Source of the DNA: the human T2T-CHM13v2.0 reference genome, Homo sapiens
Length of the DNA: 64,000 bases
Assembly (NCBI RefSeq): GCF_009914755.1
Contig: NC_060932.1
Direction: 5' to 3' (one strand)
In this document: piece after piece, positions 54,201-64,000 of the stretch
Layout: every line of letters begins with the position of its first letter
Position numbering within the stretch: the first letter of the stretch is position 1
Notes under the pieces: model-generated
What the model was told of the DNA's origin: nothing
The model's input: only the letters and a program-made list of their open reading frames with translations
Database searches by the model: none
Translations under genes and position numbers: made by a program

Positions 54201-54555
54201 GTATTGTGGAATGAAGGTTTGCATCCCCCCAGAGTTCTTATGTTGAAGCCCTAACCCCTAACAGGATGGTACTTGGAGGTGGGGCCTTTGGGGGTGATCA
54301 GGCTTAGATGAGGTCATGAAGGTGGGGCCCTGTGATGGGCTGAGGGCCCTCATAGAAGAGGAAGGCGATGACCTCTCCTCTTTCCGCTGTCTGCCATGCG
54401 AGGATACAGCAGGAGGGCTGCATGTACAGCCGGAAGCTGGCTCCCCAGAACCGGGCCCTGCCAGCACTCTGCTCTCAGGCTTCCAGCCTCTACTCTGTGA
54501 GAAGTCAACATCTGTTGTCTGAGCCGCTCCGAGGGCAGCCTGAGCTGATGAGTAT
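54201..54555 (+). mobile_element. MLT1A-type MaLR LTR
   Basis: tatgttgaagccctaacccct...tggaggtggggcctttggg...gatgaggtcatgaaggtggggccc...ttccagcctc. Confidence 0.85.
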
Positions 54556-55449
54556 AGGGGGCCAGGGCCAGGTGGGAGGGCCCCAGTGTCTCCTACAGCC
54601 TGTGTCTCCTGCAACCTCTGTGAGGGGCAGGGACCCGGTTCTCCAATTTCACAGCTCAGGAGCCTGGGGCTCCCTCATGCCTAGGCCACACAGCAAAAGG
54701 GAGGAGCCGGGACTCCAACCCAAGACCTCAGGACCCCAGCCCCCAGTTCTGCCCTCATGCCTCTGCAGTGCCTCACGGGGCCAGACGGTCTCTCCCCTCT
54801 TCCGTGCTGCCTACACGTTTGTGAGAGCCACTGGTGCTGTGACAGGGCCCAGGCTGTCAGTCACTAAAGCCAAGCACCCCAGTGACCCTGGGGCCTAGCA
54901 GCAAGACAGGGACTCAGCCCGGGGTGGGGCCTGCGAGGCCCACACCCAGCAAGCACTTCCCTGAAAGCCACACCTAGAGGCCAAGTTCCCCTGGCCTGGC
55001 ACCCCAGGGACATGGCTCTTCCTCCCCCCGAAGCCTTCCCCACTCTGGATCCCCTCTCCCTACCCCTCTTAGCCTCACTGACAAGAGACACAGTTCCGAG
55101 TGTCTGCTGTCACCCCCAGAAATAGCACTGGCCTTAGAGTCAGCCACAATGGATTCAATCCTGGCTCTCTACTTTTTGGCTGAGTGAGCTACAGGAAAAT
55201 TACTTTCTCTTCCCAAGCCTCGGTTATCCACCAACCCCAAAAGGAGCAGCGGTGGAGGAGCAAATGACGTAATAAGGTCCACAGCAGGCCCTACTCCAGG
55301 CAGTGCCTGACCTGGCAACATTCGGGACATGGGGCCGCATGAAAAGGGTGGGAGGGGAGGAGGGGAGACATCCCAGCACCTCTTTGCTCACCCTTCCACC
55401 TGCCCCACTGCCTGGGCATCTTGTCCTTCCCAAAACGTATTCCACGCTC

Positions 55450-55802
55450 TGCAGTGGACTCAGTGTGTCCCCTAAAATCCATATGTTAAAATTTTAATCC
55501 CAATGTGACAGCATTAGGTGGGGCTGGTAGGAGGCAATTAGGTCCTGGGGGTAGAGCCCTCAAGAAAGGGATTAGTGCCCTTATAAGGACAGACCCCAGA
55601 AAGCCAGCTCACTCTTTCTCCACCACATGAGGACACAGGAGAAGTCAGCCATCTGTAACCGAAAGAGGGCCCCCACCAGAACCCAGCCAAGCTGCCACCC
55701 TGATCTCAGCTTTCCAGCCTCCAGAACCATGAGAAATCAAATGCTGTTGTTTCTGAGCTCCCCAGCCTGTGACATCTTGTTATAGCAGCCCGAAATAAGA
55801 CA
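55450..55802 (+). mobile_element. MLT1A0/MSTD-type MaLR solo LTR
   Basis: tg...ca termini (tgcagtggact...gcagcccgaaataagaca), gggattagtgcccttataag; near-TSD cgctc/ctctc. Confidence 0.85.
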
Positions 55803-55931
55803 CTCTCAGTCCTTGCTTTGCCCAAGCTGACCCCCCGCCTAGAGAGCTTAGAGAGCTTATGTGTCCCCCACCCTCACTTCCCATTCATTTTTCACAACCC
55901 AAGTCAACCTTAAGGTCTCCTAGAAGCCTCC

Positions 55932-56352
55932 TGTGACAGAACCTGTTGGTGTTCACCAAACCTCATAAACCTGGTGCAATTTCCTCTTGGGCACACAGAT
56001 AAACTACATTTCCCAGACTCCTTTGCACTTAGGTAGGATCATGTGACCAAGTGCTGGCCAATGGAATGTGGGCAGAAATAATACACTGCTTTTACAGGCC
56101 TGAGGCATGAGAAATGTCCCATAGCTGCCCATGGGCTCTCCTTTTCTATTGGCTAGTTGAATGAAAGAATGCCAAAGCCCTAGAGAAGGGCAGGGCCACA
56201 AGATGGAAGGAGCCTGGGGCCCTGAATGACCAAGTGGAGCAGAGCCTCAACTCTGACCTGCATTAATGTGAAAGCCAAATAAATTTGTATTGTGTTAAGC
56301 CACTGAGAAGTGAGGGCAGTTTGTTACAGCAGTTAGCCTGTGCTGACTACTG
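55932..56352 (+). mobile_element. MLT1I/J-type MaLR LTR
   Basis: gggcacacagataaactacatttcccag...gccacaagatggaaggagcctggg...tattgtgttaagccactgaga...tttgttacagcagttagcct. Confidence 0.85.
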
Positions 56353-56785
56353 CTACATATCTATACATCCTTCCCTCTTCTCCCAACAATGAAGTGTCCA
56401 GTGGTGGATTCCCCCAACCCACTTCTAGCCCTTGGTCTTCTGGGCCATCATTAGCTGGCTACTTGTTGTCTCCTGCTCTGGTCTGTGGGCTCTTTGAGGA
56501 CAGAACTACAACTTGTGAGTTACTTATTTCTGTTTCCCAGCTGGGGCTGGTACAGTGCAGGCACTCATAAATGTTGCCTGATGAACACACCAGGATGTCT
56601 CAGAATAGGGCTACCTGGAAAATGAGAAGTTTGTCCTCAAAGGGCCTTCTAGACCCAGCCTGCCCCTGATTCTGAGAGGAGGCACTCCCTATGTGTAAGT
56701 CACATGCCAGGCACCATTCTAAGCTCTTCTCAAATATTTGCTCACTTTGACCTTCACGACACGGAGGCACAAAATACGTGAATCA

Positions 56786-57113
<328 letters not shown>

Positions 57114-57718
57114 GGTGGTGAATCACTTGTCCACAGTCTCACAGCTGGTAGGTTGCAAAGACAGGATGAAAACCCGGGCTGGCCAGTAGGCTGCAGAATG
57201 CATGCACCTCCCCCAAAGGCAGCCCCACATCATGTTTCTGGACCTGCCTTTAGTTGGTGGCCGCAGGGGACCCTACCCCCTGTGGCCACCAATTAAAGGT
57301 TGATGCTGGGCACAGCAGGTGGTGTAGCGGCTGCACCTGTGCCTGTGCTGGGTGTTAGATGCTTCTCCTATCACCTGTGGGGGTGTGCACCCCTGGGTCA
57401 CAGATGAGGAAACTGAGGCAGAGGCACTGAGTCACGCCAGGAGAACTGGACAATGCTGGACTTCTGTTTGGGCTCATCCAACCCCAGGGCCTGGGGCTCT
57501 TTCCAAAACACTTGTCCCAGGGGCTAGTCTGACCCCAAATGCCAAAAAGTATTCATCACCCAGCTCGCCTGGGCTGCTGGTTTGTTTAAACCCCAAGCAG
57601 CAGCTCAGGGCCAAGGGAGAACACAATTCCTCTAAATGCCAAGCATTTGACTGAGGGTGAGAAAGTGGATTGGACACTCTTACAAGGAGGAAAAAAAATA
57701 AAGGAGGTGTTCCCTGAC

Positions 57719-58158
57719 TCCCCACAGCTGCAGAGTAATACCATGCATCCCAGCCCAACAAGACCCCAGGGCTGCAGAGTAATACCTCGAGTCCCAGCCC
57801 AGTGGGTTCCCACAGCTGCAGAGTAATACCTCACATCCCAGCCCAACGGGTCCCTACAGCTTCAGAGTAATACCTCACATCTGATCCCAATGTGTCCCCA
57901 TGGCTGCAGAGTAATACCTCACCTCCCAGCCCAACAGGTCCCCACAGCTGCAGAGTAGTACCTCACATCCCAGCCCAAGGGGTCCCCATGGCTGCAGAGG
58001 AATGCCTCACATCTGAGCCCAATGTGTCCCCACAGCTACAGAGTAATACCTCACATCTCAGCCCAATGAGTCCCTACAGCTGCAGAGTAATACCTCACAT
58101 CCCAGCCCAACAGGTCCCCACGGCTGCAGAGTAATACCTCGCATCCCAGCCCCACAGC
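57719..58158. repeat. Minisatellite, 10 x 44 bp
   Basis: Consensus tccccacagctgcagagtaatacctcacatcccagcccaacagg; units start exactly every 44 bp with no indels. Confidence 0.96.
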
Positions 58159-59189
58159 CTGACCCAGCCCATCCAGGCCCACTCAACTGCAGCTGGCAGA
58201 CTTCTGCACCCACTGGTGCCAAAGGCTGCCCCCTGCTTGGCCCTGGAGGTGACTGGACTCGTGTTCCATACAATCCCTCAGGTTTCTCAGGGCCATACGA
58301 ACTCCTTGGAAGGCACTGGAATCAAGATTCTGCCCAAGGTGCAGGCTGCCTTCTCTCAGAGGTGAAGGGATTCCAGGATGTCGTGGAAGCGTCTTTCCTG
58401 ACATGTACACCTTGCAGGCAGCTCCCTTCTCCAGTCTGAGACAGGAACCCACCTCCCTTCTGGGTGAGAGCCCTGAGGTCACTGTCCCTCTAGGACCACA
58501 GCCCCGTGTCCACCCTAGGCTCTTAGGAAGCCCCACTCCTGCTCAGGGCAAGGTGCATCTGGCTCTTGGTCAGCACCCAGCTCGGCCCGTCTCCACTCAT
58601 GCTCTGAGCTCCGGGGCCTTCACAGGGCCCTTCTGTTCTTCCAGGATGAGGCTCAGGAAGCCAGATCCTCATGCAGCTGGAATGTTCTCTCAACACCCCC
58701 GAGGGCCTCAGGCCCATCCCTGGAGAAAGTCCTGGATGCAGCCTCATAGCGCTGATAGAAACTCCACAGCCAGTTCCAAGGTCCACAGGTACCTTCCTCT
58801 TTGGGGGTCAAGGCCTGTGGGCTTGGGTGGGCTGTTCTGGCCCCCAGACCTCACCTGGCCAGGGCTGAAGGCCATCACTGGGCCCCTGATGCCACGTGGG
58901 CTCCCATTCTCAGACCAAGGTCCTAGGTCTACAGACAACACAGCAGTAAATGGCCTCTCTCCCCAGGTTTTAAACGGGTAAGAAAAATGCAACCTTCATC
59001 CACAGGGCACAGCTAAATCCAGCTTTTACATCTACACAGTGGCAAGACCAGACAGCTGTGCAGAGGCTTGGGCCTGCCCTGGCTGAAAGAACACTGGCTG
59101 AAAAGATGCATTTGCGGGTCTCGTTTTGGGGAGTTAGGGTTTGCTTTGTTTTTTTTAACAGCCCACTTCATAGTCGTAAGCATCAGAGG

Positions 59190-59420
59190 CAGGGTGGGCT
59201 GTCCCCTCAGCCCCTTCCCTTCTTCCTCACTAAGAGAACCCCAGTTTTATTTAAAACAACAACGGGCCCAGCTAAAAATACCAGGAGTGGCCACGTGACC
59301 CACTTCCAGCCAATGACAGCCTATGGAAGTGATGCCAGGTGGGTTCCCGGAGAGCGCCTGTGTCCCTGACGCACAGGTGCAGGCCCAGCTGGCACCTGCC
59401 TCTGCTCTCCCCTCCTCTTG
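59190..59420 (+). mobile_element. MLT1J/K-type LTR fragment
   Basis: cccttcttcctcactaagagaaccccagttttattt...gtggccacgtgacccacttccagccaatga. Confidence 0.6.
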
Positions 59421-61239
59421 CCGAGAAGGCAGGATGCGGAATGGCAGGTGAAAGGCACTCCCTGAGCACGGGGGTGTGGGAACTGCACAGGCCCAGGTCT
59501 GCGATGACTTCCCCCAGGAGCCCTGCCAGCCGGGCCTGCTGACACCCACTTCTTGTTACAAGGGAAACCCAGACTGGTCAGATTTTTCTAACAAGAAGTC
59601 AACACAGTCTAGCGATCATTCAGCCCAGGGCCTCTGGGTGTGCACATCCTTGGATAAAGCTGAAGGGAGCTTAGCAGGAATCTGTCGAAGTCACCAAGAG
59701 CTTAGCACGTGCCAGCATGTCCTCAACTTGTTTGCTGGATGGATGGGAAGACTGCTCAGAAAGGCTACAGAGCTTGCCCAAGGTTACACAGCCTGTATGA
59801 GAGGGTCAGGATTCAAACCCAGGTCTTTTCAAAGAAGCCCAGGTTCTACCTTCACGGAAGGAGAAGCTAGAGAGGGAAACCTGGGGAAACACAGGGGTCC
59901 AAGCCAATTCACTCAGCAATAAGCACGTGTTTATGTCACCCGCCCTTCCTGTGATCCAAGGCTGTGGTGTCCCCAACCCCCAACTCCACTCTGTCCTGCA
60001 GCCCATGCTTCCCTCAGCCTGGGTGCCTTTCTCATATGCACCTTGTAGTATGTCACAGCTGGGTCGCTCAGGAGGGATGGGGCATCCTGGGTGAGGTGAG
60101 TGTACTCTGTGTACCAGGCATGGGCCTTCCTGGGTGCATGGTCTGGGGACCATGGCTCCCACCCCGACCAGGTCTCTTCCCTTGCGCCACCTGCTCCCAC
60201 CTCATACCTACGGGGACTCAGGAGTGATGCCCAAGGCCAGCAAGGGCCGGCAGCGTCCCTTCCAGCTGGCAGCGCCTCTGCCCAGAGCCAGCCAAGCGCG
60301 GGCTTCAGGTTCAGCCTTGGCCAGCAGCAGCAGGCACAGGGACCACAAGTTCCCGTGTCTGGGTCTTCTGGGGGTGGCAGAGGGGGCAGGCGGGGCCCAG
60401 CTTCAGGAAGGAAACTTCCCCAGGGCTGTGGAGGCTCACTTTCCACCTCCCCACCCGGATCTGCCCCTTCACCTTCCCCAGGAACCACAGCCATTATCCC
60501 GGGCCTACAAGTAGCAGCTTGGGGGCTAACTGGGTCCTACATACCTCCGGAGGGGCTATGATCCTGGACAGCAGGAGGGCCACCTCAGGCACAGTCCTGG
60601 GCTGGAGGAGGGACAGGAAGATGGATCCTTACCCATGGAGGAGATCAGAGGAGGAGGCTGACGTGGCCTTCTGTGGCTTCAGCATCTCAGATCTGCCCCT
60701 GCCCCATGCAAACCCACCACCCACATGGCCGAGTGAGTGCTCATGGCGTTGGGCACTTCCCCTGCGTGCTCCTAATCCCTGATGCACACTCAGCCCTGTG
60801 AGGCTGACACTCTCAGGATCCCCACTTGGCAGGAGAGGAAACGGGGCCCAGAGAAGGTGCTTAGCTTCTCTGGGGCCACCCATTATTAAAGGCCACACTA
60901 GGATGGAACCCAGGCGGTCGCATTCTGGAACTGCAGAGCCATGCCCCCTCTCTCTGATCCCAAGGTCTAGGGTGCAAAATCTAAACTCCTCCTCACAATC
61001 TCCATGGTCCTGCCCAGCAGCCTGGGGCTCTCTCCAGCCTCACCCCAGCCTCCTATCAGCCCCTCTCCTCCCACAACTTAGAGCTCCAGCTTTGTAACCG
61101 TCTCCTCAAGCACACATGTGGCTTTCGTGTCTGCTCTTTTTGCCTTGGAGCCAACAGCCTCTAGCACAGCATCTAGCATGGCACAGAACAGGCAGATGAG
61201 AACACTAATCATATCGCCCTCTGTGCATTCATTCTGTGC

Positions 61240-61385
61240 CATGTGGCCAAGCGCCTTCCACATGTGATCCCATGTAAGCCTCACAAAAATCTCCAGAAGG
61301 CAGTCATCATTCCACCCATTTTACATATGGAAACACTAGGCTCCAAGCTATGTCCATTCATGGTCACACAATGAGAAAGAGGCAG
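61240..61385 (-). mobile_element. MIR fragment
   Basis: cctcacaaaaatctccagaaggcag...cccattttacatatggaaacactaggctc...ggtcacaca. Confidence 0.65.
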
Positions 61386-62375
61386 GGAGGGAACCATCAG
61401 GCTGTGCTCCTCTCCCGAGCACACCGCCCACCGAAGTTCACCAAGTGAAGAAACAGCAGAGTGGCCGTGAAAGACACCGGCAGACGGAGTAACCTGGGTC
61501 AAGGTGTGAGACAGGAGGCAGGGACCATGTCAAGGCACCAGCAGCCAGTGCCCAGAGCCCCATGCCCAGAGCTCCAGGGGAAGGAGTGAGAAGCTGGGAG
61601 AGCAGGGCGGAGCCCGGTGGGTGAGGTCCACACATCTCCTTACTTTGAACTTGACCCGGCAGACTTCCTGGTGCCCCTGAGTGCTTGGGAGCTGGAACAA
61701 GGGTCGCTGGCTTTAGGAGGTCACCCTGTGCTGAGGGGCTGCAGGTGGCACAGCAGCACAGCGGGCAGCAAGCTGGCTGCTCCCTCTGCCATAAGGAACA
61801 AGAGTCTCTGAGGCCTCTGGGGCCAGCTCCCTGGGGAGGCTGGCAGTGGCCAATCTCACATCATGGTGTGGGGCTCCAGGCAACCTATAGTGGACACCTG
61901 GCCTCAGCACCCTACTTGGAAAGAAGACGTCAGTGCGTGGACACTGCTATTTAACCAACCGGCATCTTATGCGGCCTGGACAGTCACAGCCATGCCTGGA
62001 GCTCAGGGAGACACCAGGAAAGATGGCCCAGACCCAGGTGGGGCACAAAGGGTTACCTTCCTGTGGCCCAGCCCATGGAAGCTTCCGGTGGCACCACGGG
62101 AACCAGACCAGGCCCTGCAGGTACCCTGGGATTTGGAGGAAGAACGGCAAGTTCAGCAGGCACCTCGGGCTGAGTGGGGAGCACGAGGGGTGCAGGGAGA
62201 AGCCCGGCTCCGAAAGAAGCCCTCCGAATGGGACCACCCACCTCTTCTCACAAACACCTGCCATTCAGATTCGTGGGCTGCTGTTTTTCAAGGATTTGCT
62301 TTTCTGAAAGACCTAGAGAATATTCTAGAACAGTTAAATATAGCTCTTGTGAAAGCTGTCCCATTTCCATGCCTA

Positions 62376-62720
62376 TGTTCATTCAACAAACATTCTCGGA
62401 GGGCCTGCTTAGTGCCAGACACAGGCGGGTGGGGGCCTCAGCCCCTGGGAGATGAAGAAGAGAGTCCCTGCTGAGAGGTGCTGGGGGCAAGGGATAAAGA
62501 CTGGCTTGGAAAGAGCTGAGCACGACACAGGGTGGCAGGTGCTGAACTGGCGGGAGCCCTGGAACTTCAGGGACACATAGGAGAGACATCTCACCTGCCT
62601 GGGAAGGCTGCACAGAGGAGACATCTTCAGTGGCTAGGGATGCCCCACTCTAGCCTGGGACTCAGTCTGCATGGGACAGGGGTGGAAAGAGGGACGGGGT
62701 GGAGAGAGGGACAGGGCTGA
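62376..62720 (-). mobile_element. L2 3' fragment
   Basis: ttcattcaacaaacattctcggagggcctgcttagtgccagacac. Confidence 0.5.
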
Positions 62721-64000
62721 GGGGTAATCAAGAGCTTAGATTTCAAGGGCCATGGTAAGCAATGTATTGCAGGCTGTGGGCCACAGGGAGCCATGGATGG
62801 CTTGTGAGCAGGGCAGTGACTCGATCTCCTGTGGCTAGCTTGATGCACATAAGCACAGGCCCTGGCCATCTCAGAAATGCATGCAGCTTGGAGAAGGCCG
62901 AGTAGGTGACGTTGCCGTAGTGCAGTGTTGCATAATGCCTGGTGACCCCCCCACACCCGCCCTTTAAAAACAAATGCTTAGGTCATCCCCAGAGGAAGCC
63001 AAAAATTAGAGAGGGCTCCTCTGTGTGCCCAGAATGGATCTAGACTGAGCTGGAAAACAAAACTCAAAGGAAAAAAACCAGAGCATTTCCAATGTCCAGG
63101 CCTCCTGGGACTGGGGTGGTAAGGCACTTCAACCAGAGGCAGTAGGGGCCAGGGAAGAGGGCATCTACAATTCCCTTCTAAATTTTAAAAAGCAAGATCC
63201 CAGCTTACAGCAAATGTCCACCTGATAGGAAGAAGGAAAAGGGTCACAGCACTGACACCCTGCCTGTACGGGAAGATTCTGGTCCCAGAACGAAAGGCTC
63301 AAGGAGATAAGAGCAATGACCCACCAGCTCCAGATTTCTCCCCTGCCAGACGAGGGTGAAGAGCAGGTGCCCTGGAAGCCAGGCAGAGAAGGAAGCAGCC
63401 AGAGAGAAGAGCACCCGCCCCACCCCTGCTGGCAGCTTCCTCCTTCTCCCTCCCTCCTCCCCTCTGCTGTTCTCACTCTGAGGTGCTCTCCTGCCAAAAG
63501 CATTCCCCATTTCAGCTCCATCTCCTCCTCTTCTGATTCTTTTATAGGGGACTCTTGGGACATCCCCAGATGCCAAATGAAGCAGCTGGTGGCCTCTGCC
63601 TTCAGCAGCAGGTCTGAGAGTTTCCATCACCAGCCACTAGACTTCAAAGCCAACCTTGTCCATGGGCTTACTCACGCATGGGGAGACTAAAGCCCAGACG
63701 GGGAAGCCAGGTCTGCCCGAGGGGTTGGAGTTGACCACGGGTTACCAGGTCACATCCAGGACACGTGGTAGCTGAACACAGCTGAGGGCTCAGAGGGCTG
63801 TCCCTGTCACAGGAGGTATGTGAGCAGAGTGTGAAGGGCCACTGAACAGGCCACCAGAAGGTCCATTACTTTCCAGGAGACCAGACTGGATGTCCCCTAA
63901 GTATTAAGGCAGGCATGATATGGGAAATGGAGCCACACCTCCTTCTCCCAGTCATCTGCCAATGATGGGTCTAAGTGTGGCCATGTGGCCCACCCTTGGC

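Noticed and set aside
57719-58158. CRISPR-like array
   Set aside because: Whole 44-bp units are homologous with no unique spacers, there are no cas genes, and the context is primate DNA; it is a minisatellite.

Overview
GC-rich primate (probably human) non-coding DNA, intronic or intergenic. I recognised no host protein-coding exon; the ORF track is chance ORFs or repeat-derived. Interspersed repeats dominate: 8 Alus, L1/L2/CR1 and MIR fragments, ERVL-int plus LTR33/LTR41-like and MaLR LTRs, and Tigger1/MER2/hAT DNA transposons. Most notable: an old ~370 bp MT-ND5 NUMT (31572-31944, minus), a ~40 bp micro-inversion in an ERVL RT fossil, two tail-to-tail Tigger1 copies in a nested transposon stack that includes a twin-primed mini-L1, a 10 x 44 bp minisatellite, and a CpG-rich segment with a near-consensus CTCF motif (10.1-11.6 kb). 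Repeat names come from remembered consensus sequences, not a database search, so subfamily calls and old-repeat boundaries are approximate. I found no evidence of a new multi-gene system.
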